From NCBI GenBank assembly GCA_019828565.1, contig JAHDYR010000064.1, positions 727,162-791,161 of the forward strand: DNA of 64,000 bases, read 5' to 3'. This stretch comes from Carpediemonas membranifera BICM. Lineage: Eukaryota > Protista > Fornicata. A program made the position numbers and the translations under genes. The notes under the pieces are model-generated. The model was not told the DNA's origin and did not search any database. It was given only the letters and a program-made list of their open reading frames with translations. This document shows, in pieces, positions 20,700 through 31,535 of the stretch (position 1 is its first letter; every line of letters begins with the position of its first letter).

Positions 20700-23600
20700 A
20701 TGGTAACGCAGAATCATCTGTTCCTATCTGATCTAGATCCTGTTACGATCAGAACCTTCACTCGGCACTTCCGAGTCCTCAAAGCCCAATTTCCAACTCT
20801 TTCGCCATCCGACTGTATTTCAGAAGAGATTCTTGATGTCCTTGAGCTTCGATATGAAGTTGATCTCTCTTCCGCAACCATTGAAGATATCGAGGCTTCT
20901 CTCCTCACGCACCTCCTACCTCCAACACTCAATGGATGCCTCCGAGCAATGCGTGCCCTCCAGATGCCTAATCACGACAACAAGCTTCACTCGATCCTCT
21001 TGTACGTCCGAGAGCTCCGTGCGCTCTACAAGCACGCTCTAACGTTCATCCCCGACCACGACCCGCCCAAGCCTGAAGCTGATGATGACGACCCCGACGT
21101 AGACGCTCTCGCTGAGCTACTGGGCTCCTCGCCATCCGGGCCTAGCCCCGCTCATCGGGGCCTGAGCAAGGTCGCCGCCCGTGTACTCCTCGCCGCCATC
21201 AGGCCAAGTGAGCTTCAAGCTCGCCTCAAGACCGAGGTCGAGCGCCTCCAGGCGCTGGCAAGCGATCTGGCAGGCCTCGACATCTCGTCTTTGACACCGT
21301 CCACCACGTCAGCTGCCGTGTTGACCTCCGTTGACCGCCCTCGCCAAGGTGGCGGGCAGAGCCGCCAAGGCCGCCCCGCCATAGGCCGAACACATGGGCT
21401 CCCGGCCACACCCTCCAAGACCCCCTGCCCATTCTGTGGTGGTTGGCATTGGAGGTGGCAGTGCCCTAAGGCCGACGCCGCCCAGCGAGGCTCCACCCAG
21501 CAGTCCAACCAGTCGCCGCACCCGGCACAACCGACCGGCCAGCATGACAAGCAACAGCCACATACCCAAGCCCGACATACTTCGGGCAACGCCAACCGCC
21601 AGCTGCCAGTGCCTCAACCAAATGCGGATCCCACTCAGCAGTCCGACCGCCGCGCTGGTAGGATGAACCTCCGCCCCAGCAGCACCCTCAAGAAGGGAAG
21701 ACCAGTGCATGAGACCGCCCATGCCCAGCCGGTGCAGTCTGTCGACGAACCACAGCCCGACTCATCCTACTTCACCGTCCAAGGGAAAGTCAATGGCGAG
21801 ACGCAGACAATCCTGATTGATTCCGGTTCCGCCCCAAGCTGTATTTCGCAGTTGTTGGCCGAGCGCCTCAAGGCCACGATCGACACATCCGTCTCAATTG
21901 CTCTGTTGGACGTCAATAAGCAGCTTTTTTATGACGAAGGGCGTAGCAAAGGTGAGTCTGAGCCTTCCATCTGCGGGCAACGCCATGGTCACTACCGAGG
22001 CCACCTTCCACGTAATAGAACGCGACGATGATCACATACTCGTTGGTTGTGATATCCTCAGAGCTCTTGGCTTCCTCAGCGCCAAGGGCCTCTTCGTCCC
22101 TACAGGCGTCGACTGCAACGAAGACCCCCAGACCACCGAAGGGCTCCATCCCCACAAGTACCTAGACCCAGTCCCTGTCGCTGAAGCCTCAGCTGCTCCA
22201 CAGTTCTTCAGCGATGAAGTGGACGTATGTCCTGATCAACTACACGACCCTATCCGTGAGATCCTCCGCAAGCATGACGCCGTGTTCGATCCAAACCTCC
22301 CCGAAGAGCCGGCAGCCTTCCCCCCCATGACCATCCCGACCGACGGCTACATTGTCAACATGAAGCCACGCCCTCTGGCTCCAGCCAAGACGGAGTGGCT
22401 GCACGATCATGTCTCAGACTTACGCGACAAGGGCATCACCGAGGCCAACACCGGCCCATATGCCAGTCCAGTAGTCCTCGTGCGAAAGGGGGACGCTTGG
22501 CGGCTTTGCATCGACTATGTCCTACTCAACAGCCACACCACCCGTGATCGACACCCCCTCCCCAACATGCGCGAGTTCCTTCGCCGAGCAAGTGGGTGCG
22601 ACCGATTTGCCGCCCTGGACCTGACCTCAGGCTATTGGCAGGTGCCTATGGCTGACGAGGACAAGGAGAAGACCGCGTTCATCGCCCCTGGCGTGCATGA
22701 ACAGTTCACCAGGATGCCTTTTGGGCTTGCCAATGCCCCGTCGCATTTCCAGCGAGGTATCGAGACTATCCTCGGGCCCATCCTCCATAAGGGGGTTGAC
22801 CCGTACATCGATGACCTCTTCATGTACTCCTCCGAGGAACTTTTCCTCAAGCTTCTCGATGACACCCTCACTCGCCTGGAAGAAGCCAACGTCCGCCTAG
22901 GCGCAAAGAAGTGCCGAATAGGCTATTCCGAGGCCCCCATAGTTGGTTTCATTGTCGACAAGGCTGGAGTTCACGTAGACCCTGAGCGCACCCGCGCCCT
23001 ACGAGAGCTTCCCCTCCCCACTGATGTCCACGGGCTCAGGACCGTGCTCGGCAAGTTCCAGTTCTTAGCCTCATTCATCTCAGAGAAACGCCATGAGCTG
23101 TTCAAGCCCCTTACCGCTCTCCTAGAGAAGGACGCCGTCTTCAGCTTCGGCCCAGCCGAGACTGAGGCTTTCAACACCCTTAAGTCCCTCTTCACCGATG
23201 ACCTCTTCATCGCTCACCCAGACTTGTCCCTTCCTTGGACCCTCGAGACCGACGCTTCCAATGTCGGAGCCGGAGGTGTACTCTACCAGACTCCCAACGA
23301 CAACTCGGGCAGACAAGTGCTGGCCTATTTCTCTCATACGTTCACCCCCACCCAGACCAGATGGGCTACCTGCGAACAGGAACTTTTCGCCATCGTATAC
23401 GCCTTCACGCACCCCTCCCTCACCCACCTTCTGCGCGTGAAGCATGTAACCCTCAGAACAGACCACCGTAATCTGATCTACATGATCTACAAGTCCGCGA
23501 CGAACGACAAGATCCTCCGCTGGCGTCTGACGCTAGCCGACTTCAACTTTGAAATCACACACGTTCCCGGGAAGGATAACGTCATAGCTGATTCGCTCAG

Positions 23601-25091
23601 CCGGTATGGCCACGGCCAGACTACAGCCCAACCCGTCGCCGCCATATCTGTCGATGCCCGGTTCAAGGACAGACTGGCACACTTCCAAGGAGAGGACCCG
23701 GAGATCAGCGAGCTGCCGGTAGACGCTGATGGTCTCCGACGCCGGAACGGAGCCTGCATGATCCCGACCTGTGATCAAACGAAGGGCTTACGCCAAGAGC
23801 TTATTGCCATCGCTCACCGTGGCCACCACGGAGCTAGAGCCACGTACACCCGCCTCCGCGATGACGGCTACACCTGGGTCAGCGCGACTCAAGAGATCGC
23901 CGCCTACGTCCACTCCTGTCCGATCTGTCTCAAGGCTAGACTCTCTGAGTTCGCTCAGTCAAGCCTAGGGACCACGGCCGTGTATAAGCCTTTCCACACG
24001 GTCGCCATTGACACCATAGGCCCCATCCCCGCAGACATGTTCGGCCGCAAGTACATCTTCGTCCTTGTTGATATGTTCACCAGGTACACGGAGTTATATG
24101 CCAGCGATGAGAACACTGCCGATGCCGCTGCCTCTGCCATCTGGCAACAACTTGTCTGCCGTCATGGCATCCCTGCCGCCATTAAGGCTGACAACGGGCC
24201 GGAGTACACTGGTGCCGTGATCAAGGCCCTCCTGTCTGATGCCGAGATCACCGAACAACACACTCTCCCGTATCATCCCCAGTCCAACGGCGTTGTTGAA
24301 CGCCGTAACGCCGAAGTGATGAAGCACCTCCGCTGCCTCACGCTCAACTTTAACAAGTTTGACGAGTGGAGCAGGCTTCTCCCCTGCCGTTCAGCTTTTG
24401 CTGAACACTTCTATCTGCTCTGCCACAGGCCTCACCCCCCAAAGCATGCTTTACGGCGAGCATTTGGACCCGTCCGCCACTAGAGCCCGGCTACTCGCCC
24501 CGACTGACCCTACAGCTTCCGAGACAATCCTATCCTCCCATCGTGAATACCTAGACAACCTCACTAACCACCTGAAGTCCCTTTCCAAGAAGGGGGGAGG
24601 AGACGCAACGTAAGGTTGTCGAGAAGCGCCTTGCCAAAGGAAAGACCGCAGAGACCGAGCTCAAGCCAGGTGACCTAGTCCTCGTACAGCGCAACAGGAC
24701 CCCCAAGTTGCACGGTCACCTGGGACCCTACAAGATCCTCGAGATCCTCGACCACAAGGCCGTCGTTATCGCCGACATCATCACGAACACCACCACAACC
24801 GTCCACCGGGATCACCTGCTCCCGTTCCACGTGAACTACCACTTCAACAAGCTCCGCCAGCTAGCTTCCTCAGACGAGGAGACTTTTATCGTTGAGAAGA
24901 TCCTCAAGCACCGCGTCAAGGACGACATCCTCGAACTGAAGGTGAAGTGGGAAGGCTACGACGAACCCACCTATGAGCCGGCGACTGCACTCTCCGGAGT
25001 CTCGCTCGCTCGTGCTTACCTTAGAGCCAATAAGCTTCGGCTTAGGGGGGCAAGATGTCACAGCATCTCCCTCACTCCCAGTGCACTTTAA
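20700..25091 (+). CDS. Element C gag-pol with chromodomain (broken by frameshifts near 21925, 24383 and 24595)
   Basis: CPFCGGWHWRWQC knuckle, LIDSGS protease, YIDD RT, LETDAS RNase H, DNGPEY integrase, FIVEKILKH...VKWEGYDEPTYEP chromodomain. Confidence 0.92.
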
Positions 25092-25131
25092 GGTAAATGG
25101 ATTTCCCCGTTTTCTGCTGCCATCCGGCACA
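25056..25131 (+). repeat. Family C 3' LTR (76 bp)
   Basis: Identical to the 5' LTR; contains the pol stop codon. Confidence 0.95.
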
Positions 25132-27007
25132 GAATGTTGATGCCCGTGTCCGACATGAGGCCTAGGTGCCGGAGGAGGTCTGCCCCGAACAGGAACTTGT
25201 GGGCCTCCCCGGAGATGACTGGTACGGTCCACGTCAGCTCGACAGCGTTTGGTACGATGCCGTCGATAACGAGCTCGGCTATGACGGCGGTGGTGTCCTC
25301 GCAAGGTCGCTGGTCGGCCATCTTCAGCGTGTAAGCATGATTTGTGATCATTACCGGGCCGGCCTCCTTCAGCGTGGCGAACGTGGCCTCCGAGATACAG
25401 GTCTTGGCGGCTGCCGGGGCGAGCTTCGCCCGCAGTCTCGTGCCGTTGACGAGGATGTCGTGGTAGATCGGCTTACCGATGTTTTCGCGCTGCGCTGACG
25501 TGTCGACTTCGTCGATTGACTCATCGGTGTCGGACTCGGCGTCTATGTCGACCTCGTTGATGGATTGACTGAGGCGCTCGAGCCGGTTCGTCTCCTTGTT
25601 TCGCTTCCAGCCTGCCGCTGGGTTAGGGGCTCTCGCGTTGCGTTTGGGCGCTTGGGTGGTCGTTGTTGCAGGTCGGTCAGGGTTGTTGTGGTGGCCAGGG
25701 GCCTTCTTGGGCTTGGCACCCACAACAGCTGGTTGAATAGGACGCGATGGTTGGGGGGCGGCACTGCGCTGTGTCTTCAGATGAGGGCACGCCTGAGTGA
25801 CGTGGGACGAGTTGTATCCGTGGTAGTCGCAGAAGTGGCGGAAGGTGGGGTTGATGTAGTAGTTCGCCTTGTCTTTCAGCTGGACATACGGGTCTGGGCC
25901 GCTGATCTTGCGGGCTATGGGTTTGCGTGTGCGGGATCCGCCTGTCGCTTGCTCACCGTGGGGTTGCGGGGGCTGGCCGGTGCGGAATGCTCTCCAAGGA
26001 ACGACGATGTAACCGTCGTGGTCCTCTTTGAGGTCCCTAAGGTTATCAAGGACGTCATCGATGTCCTCTGCATCATCTATGATGTAGGAGTCGAAATAGT
26101 CCTTTGCTTCGGCGGAGAATCCCTTAAGTGCAAGCTCTCTGACTCTTGCGGCGAGAACCTTCCAAGGAATGGCTTGCAATGCAGGAGCAGAAGCATTAGT
26201 GTTCACGAGATCGATGAACTCGCGCAAAGCGGCAATAGTTGAGCGATGTTTGGATGCTTTGCCATAGAGTGCACCGGGAAGGTTGATGGACTTGATGCGC
26301 GCGCCGACGTCCAGGGACGGCATGAGTGTGACGGAGCAGGCGGCTACGATGTCGTCGGCCTCGTCATGGAGGTAGGCGCGAATGTCGGTGACGTCGTCCC
26401 AGTCGGACTCGTCACTGGACGTGTCGGAGTTGTTGGTGGCGGCAGCCTCGTCATCGGCCGGCTTGGGTGGGGCCAGGGCTGCGTTGACCTCGGCGACGTA
26501 CTCGTCGTCGCGGAGGGGGACATCTGGGTTGAACTTGTTGATGAGGGGCACATAAACCGGGGCGTTGTGGTCGATCTCGGCTACTGCAGCCGTGAATACG
26601 GCTTCTGCGCGGCGCTGTGCAGCCGCGGCCATCGGGCCTTCAGGAAAGGCCGCGGCCGCCGCTTCAGCGAGCATAAACAGGTCTTCTTCGAGAGCGGCGG
26701 TTAGACGGGCTACTGCCTGCTTGGGGGGTGGCGTGGAGGTGCTTGGGGGCGTGATGGGCAGTGAGAGCTTCATCTCGCGCCTAATGGCGCTGCGGATTAC
26801 CGCATCGGGACATACATCGTCTTCTAGGTCCTCGAAGGTCTTATAATCAGAGGTGGATCTCCAATTGGCCCGTAAGAACTCCTGCGAGCTGATGCTTAGG
26901 CATCTGAGGAACGATGTAGGAAATCTTGCATGAGGAAGTTCCCGCTTGTATTCCTTCGCGGCGGAGTTGAGCAGTGGAAGGGAACTTACGTCGAATTTCG
27001 TAGCCAT
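25132..27007 (-). CDS. Element A1 gag and aspartic-protease domain
   Basis: ATG 17 nt after the LTR; CDYHGYNSSHVTQAC knuckle; protease C-terminal motif LFGADLL. Confidence 0.85.
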
Positions 27008-27024
27008 AGGGAGTGATTAATCAC

Positions 27025-27077
27025 TGTGGCGTAAACGACGGGTATTCGAGAATTCGTTTTAATCAGGTGATGCGTCA
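27025..27077 (-). repeat. Family A 5' LTR of copy A1 (53 bp)
   Basis: Identical to 2412-2464. Confidence 0.95.
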
Positions 27078-27818
27078 GTCAGAGCGTGTGTCGAGAAGAA
27101 CCCCCAGATACTGGATAAGCTGGACGGGGTCGAGCTCGCTCTTCTTAAGGTTCACGATGATGCCGAGGAGCTGAAGGGTCCTGAGCACCTCCGGTCCAAT
27201 TGACCGAAGATAGGCTTGGTCCGCATGGGCCAGAAGAAAGTCGTCCAGGTAGACACTTACCTTCACCTTGAAGCGCAGCGCTAGGATCTTTGCGGCTTGT
27301 ACCATCACCAGCTGAAAGAAGTACGGGGCGGCGGTCCACCCGAACGAGAGGCCGGTGTAATGGTACGCTTGGCCGTTGGGAAGAACCACGCCCAAGAGTG
27401 GCGCGTCCTGGGGCTTCACGCCGAGCTGGTGATAGCCGTCGGACAGATCTATCTTGACCATGAAGTCGTTTTCGGACAGCAGCCCCACCGCTCGTCTCAC
27501 CCCGAAGAGGCGGAAGACTTGACGCTGTCTTGGGATGGAGTTGAGGCGTCGTAAGTCGTGAATGACCCGGATGTCGTTCTCGCCCTTGGCAACGGAGAAG
27601 AGAGGGGCGCTGTGGCGGAGCTTGCGTGTAGAGGACTTGACTAGAGCACCAGAGGCGAGCTGGTCTTTGAGCTTTGCTAGGATCTTGCGGTCGATTGTGG
27701 CCTGCGGAGCTGGAGGTGACGGAGACCCGTTGATGTGAATCGGTATCCCCTGGCGGAGGAGGTTGCAGACCTCGTGGGATGCGCCGAACCGTTTCCAAAC
27801 GAACGATCGCGCGTTCAT
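27078..27818 (-). CDS. Reverse transcriptase of a DIRS-like (tyrosine-recombinase class) retroelement, interrupted by A1
   Basis: LFSVAK...RVIHDLRRLN, KIDLSDGYHQ, LSFGWTAAP, YLDDFL, NLKKSELDP, YLG; overlapping ORFs as in DIRS. Confidence 0.85.
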
Positions 27819-27832
27819 CGATGGTAGTGTGG

Positions 27833-28387
27833 CTAGTTGTGGCGAACCCTCCTGCCACCCCTCTCGCGAAAATTATCGCGCTTCTTGATGCCCTTGATCT
27901 TCGCCTTGGCGACCAAGATGTCGACGGCGGCTCGGGTGCGAGGAGGAGAGGAATTGAGGAGGTTGGAGCAACGCTCGGCGGTTGCATCATCCCAACTGTC
28001 CTTGAGAAGGAGCAGTTGTTGGCGCCCGTATATCTTGACTATGAGAGCAGGAATGGATGAAAGGCGGCCTGCGATAAGATCACGCTCCATGGCGTATAGC
28101 CACTTGGCCTCGTCCCGGAGGCCGAACCGGTTCGGAAGGTTCACAAGGGCCTCAAACGGATCAAAGATCTCGTCGGCAGCGTCATGATGGTCGTCGTCGA
28201 AGTTGTATTGGGCATGAGGCTGCTCTTCGACAGAATCCTCGACGTTGAGAGCGATCTCGTCTGGGTTTTGCTGATTGTCCGGGTTTCTTGGAGCTGCGGC
28301 CTGAAGGGCGCGTTCTACCATCTCCCTTAGCTCTTGCTTCCTGTCCATACTGATAGCCAGGATATTTACTGTCCGTGAAGTTCTCAC
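27833..28387 (-). CDS. Putative gag-like ORF1 of the DIRS-like element
   Basis: Directly upstream of the RT on the same strand; no motif recognised. Confidence 0.45.
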   Translation of the reverse strand: MRTSRTVNILAISMDRKQELREMVERALQAAAPRNPDNQQNPDEIALNVEDSVEEQPHAQYNFDDDHHDAADEIFDPFEALVNLPNRFGLRDEAKWLYAMERDLIAGRLSSIPALIVKIYGRQQLLLLKDSWDDATAERCSNLLNSSPPRTRAAVDILVAKAKIKGIKKRDNFRERGGRRVRHN

Positions 28388-28970
28388 GTCCGCAAATATC
28401 GACGGCTTGCGCCGCCTGGGTTGTTGTCCGCCGGGCGTGGTAGACTCGCGCGGCCACGGCCTCGTTCATGAGCACTGACGTCTCGACACCATTGTGTCGA
28501 ATTTGGACGGATACATAGCCTAAATAAAATCTGGTCGGTTGCTTCCGACCCACGCCGGAACCTGCCAGCTGCGCTCCCTAGCGCCACTTAACTTCGAGCA
28601 CGAAGCATTTTACAAAGCCGCCATATTTCGCCCAACGCCTGATTTGTTATACCATCGGTACAAGCAATATTCGGCCTGTTCTTATTGTGGTTGGGGTGAC
28701 CTTTGGTCAGGTGTCCTGGCATGAGATCGCACCTAACACAGGAGAAACTGCCGAACACTAAGTCTAGCCCCTTCTCATTGACGCCCTGCTGGCTGGCCCC
28801 AATCTCTCTATCCAGAAACTCGACGACCGCCGTGTGGAATATCGGGCCCTCTTGGCTCAATGGTTTGACAACAACGTAGGAGGGTGTCAGAAATGCATGC
28901 AAACCCCGCTCTGCCTCTGGTAAGTACTCTCGAACGCTCTTTACATCAGTCTGGATCATTTATCACAGCA

Positions 28971-29921
28971 TCAGCCCCCCAGCTTGGCTCTACTGTGATA
29001 GACCTTGGCCCCGTGCTCATTAACATGGTACACCCCGCCTCTGGGGCCGATAAAGAGCACCCGGCCCTTAGAGTCGAACTTGGTCTCCGGAGACATTGTC
29101 TTGGTTGTTGTTGTGGCCTTGGCCTCCTTCTCAGCCTCCACCTCTCTTCGCCACAGCCTCTCCATCGTACTGTTCTCCCCCTCCCCCTTCACATCCTTTG
29201 CAGTGGTCGAAACGAGGCTGCCCTGCTGACCCGAGTTCTTTGCTCCGCTGGACCTTTTCGGGATGCCCCGCTTCGACAGCTCCCTGATACTCCTGGGCTT
29301 GCCGTGCTCTGGACGGTACTCCATCTGCCCCAGACGCCATTCGATGACATCCAGGGCGGTGTTGTCTGGGTATTCTTTCAACGCACGGTGGGCATGGCGG
29401 AATACGAGGATGGCTCGGTCTCTATCGTCTGGCGTGTCGATAACACCACCCTCACTGATGATGGTCTTCAATACGGCGTCCTGGCGGCGGTCCATCACTC
29501 TGTTCTCCTTCATGGGCTTGACGGTCAGGTTGTCCTCGGAGTTGAGAACGATGGCGTATTGCCAGGCCTCTTCGAGGGTTGGCTTGCCAATGAAGCCAAG
29601 AAGACACTCCTTGGCGACCTCATGGGCGAGGATGTGGGCGGCGTCGGTGCCGTCTGCGCGGGAGCCGCGCTTCGCCATCGGGCACAGACGTTCGAGGAAA
29701 TGGCGATCTAGCTTATCCCAGGAGTCTGGCAGTAGCTCTTGAAGGCGGTCACGCTTGTATGATGCAAGATCAGTGAAGCGCTGTGGCGAAAGCGGCGGTT
29801 TGGAGATCGTGGAGAGTTGAGGCCGCGCTCGAGCAAGCTGAGGACCGAAAGCTGATAGCTTAGGCTTAGGTTTCGCGTCAGGATCAGAAAATAACACTCT
29901 CTGTTCCCTGAGGCGATTCAT
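28971..29921 (-). CDS. Putative HNH-like nuclease with C-terminal PBCV basic-adaptor-like module
   Basis: DAAHIL...NSEDNL...ENR (HNH-type); DSKGRVLFIGPRGGVYHVNEHGAKVY. Confidence 0.55.
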   Translation of the reverse strand: MNRLREQRVLFSDPDAKPKPKLSAFGPQLARARPQLSTISKPPLSPQRFTDLASYKRDRLQELLPDSWDKLDRHFLERLCPMAKRGSRADGTDAAHILAHEVAKECLLGFIGKPTLEEAWQYAIVLNSEDNLTVKPMKENRVMDRRQDAVLKTIISEGGVIDTPDDRDRAILVFRHAHRALKEYPDNTALDVIEWRLGQMEYRPEHGKPRSIRELSKRGIPKRSSGAKNSGQQGSLVSTTAKDVKGEGENSTMERLWRREVEAEKEAKATTTTKTMSPETKFDSKGRVLFIGPRGGVYHVNEHGAKVYHSRAKLGG

Positions 29922-30264
29922 TGGTTGAATGACGTTGTGATCATCAAGCCACGCGTGACGACTCGAGTCATAACTGCGATAATTTGGGGCAGGATCATCG
30001 TGCTAGGCACGCCATGTGCTGTGGCATCAGTCAGACGACCATTCTTTCGACGTCTGGGCACGATTGCAGGCAGACCTCTTTTTTTTTTCTTTCACATCCC
30101 ACTTCAGAGTTTCTGTTCTTGTTTGTCGGCTACGCTTGTCGGGCTCGTCTGTCCTTCTCATATGTAGTTTTACATCATCGTTGCCATCGCTTACGGCGTT
30201 TTGAGCACATGTGAGCAGTGATTTTTGGAGCAACCGAAGCAACCGTCGCGTTCTCTTACTCAGA

Positions 30265-30472
30265 ATGGCTGGCCCTACTGTTGATGTTGAGAAGTGCGTT
30301 GGTTGCGGCGCTTGCGTCGATACCTGCCCCGAGGAGGTTTTCGAGATGCAGGACGATAAGGCTGTCGTCATCAACGCCGACGCTTGCGTCGAGTGCGAGG
30401 CCTGCATCGAGGCTTGCCCCGGTATGTACCCCTTTCCACCCCTTACCTCTAGAGGAGGCTATCTCCCTTTAA
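30265..30472 (+). CDS. 2[4Fe-4S] ferredoxin (intron 30422-30452)
   Basis: CVGCGACVDTCP and CVECEACIEACP; removing a 31-nt GT-AG intron gives the EEAISL* end. Confidence 0.93.
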
Positions 30473-30676
30473 ATTAGCTCTGGCTTCATGTTTCTTCTCT
30501 CTATTCTGGTACCACGATGATTCCCGGCGGCATCAGGGAGGGAAACTGACGCTACGCCGAGAGCTGTATGTGGCCATGTACATAATAACTCTCCAGACCT
30601 CAGCTCCCATCGGCCAAGCTCCACGATGTTTACGTGTCCATTACCATTAAACTTCATGTATTTGAATTCAGAGACC

Positions 30677-31455
30677 CTACTCCTCTGCATCAAGCTCACC
30701 CCTTGCCAGGTTGGTGATCTGCTCGGTCTGCTCGGCGGTGAAGACAGCATGGTCCATGTCCGCGGCGAGGGCGGACACCTCGAGCTCCATGTGCCGGTCC
30801 TCGTCTTCATCGTGCAGGCTAAGGACGATCTTGGCCGACTCGATGACTCCACGCTGGATGTCCATCGTTGGGAGGGTGTCGACGACAGTCTCAACCTTAT
30901 TGCGGGCCTCTTGCTTCGACTTTCCCTTGCCCACCGCCATGCCGTAGCAACCGCGCTTCAGACCGGAGGGCTCGATGAGGAAGAGCTCGGGCTTGCCGTC
31001 AGTTACACCTCCGAGGAGGATAGAGCAGCCAAAGGGGCGGGCGGCAGCGTACATGGTATACATTTGCATAAAGAGCGAGAGGCGGTCACCCAGCACGGAA
31101 ACAGGGATCACGCGGCCGTACTGGGACTTGTAGTTAGCTGCTTCATCGCGAGCACGGGTCACTAGCTGCCGCGCATCGGGGAGGAGGCCTGAAATGGCAA
31201 TGGCAATATTGTCGTTGATGGTGAATATGCGCTTGCCCCAGCTAGGAACAAGTAGATCGGAGTGCATGAGCTTCTCAGCGGCAAAAACAATACCGTTTTC
31301 CACACGGAGCGCGCAAACAAGGCCAGAATTATCAGCAGCCTTTCCAGCGTACTCTACTTGGAAGAGACGGCCATCTGTAGAGAATGTAGTTGCTGCCAGA
31401 TCATACCTGCGTAATAATCACTCTTTCAAACAAACCCAACGCCCAACGCGGCCAT
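30677..31455 (-). CDS. PSMA3: 20S proteasome subunit alpha-7 (intron 31407-31435)
   Basis: Spliced N-terminus [33 protein letters not shown]; AVGKG. Confidence 0.9.
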
Positions 31456-31535
31456 TGTCGTTCAAGTGTCAAATAAACACGCCTTTATCGTATACATGAG
31501 CAGACCATACATACATATAACACCGGTTACACCCT

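Larger units (their letters stand above)
20607..25131 (+). mobile_element. Ty3/gypsy chromovirus family C, full length (4525 bp), inserted in A1 between protease and RT
   Basis: Identical 76-bp LTRs (20607-20682, 25056-25131), 4-bp TSD GAAT, PPT 25044-25055. Confidence 0.95.
2412..27077 (-). mobile_element. Ty3/gypsy chromovirus family A, copy A1 (about 4.9 kb of own sequence, interrupted by elements B and C)
   Basis: Identical 53-bp LTRs, 4-bp TSD GTCA, polypurine tract (PPT) at 2465-2476. Gag-PR-RT-RH-IN-chromodomain rejoins in frame across both insertions. Confidence 0.92.

Noticed and set aside
20607-20717. N-terminal extension of ORF 18465-20717 (and C-terminal tails of ORFs 25088-27007 and 3367-4521)
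   Set aside because: Read-through into inserted LTR or TIR sequence, not real protein.
21915-21935. Programmed gag-pol frameshift in element C (and the shifts near 2875, 17628, 24383, 24595)
   Set aside because: The shifts fall inside protease or integrase regions at homopolymer runs, so they are more likely sequencing indels or decay. Read-level checking is needed.
28588-28959. 123-aa ORF between the HNH-like gene and the DIRS element
   Set aside because: No motif support, and the DIRS terminus could not be located, so it was left unannotated.
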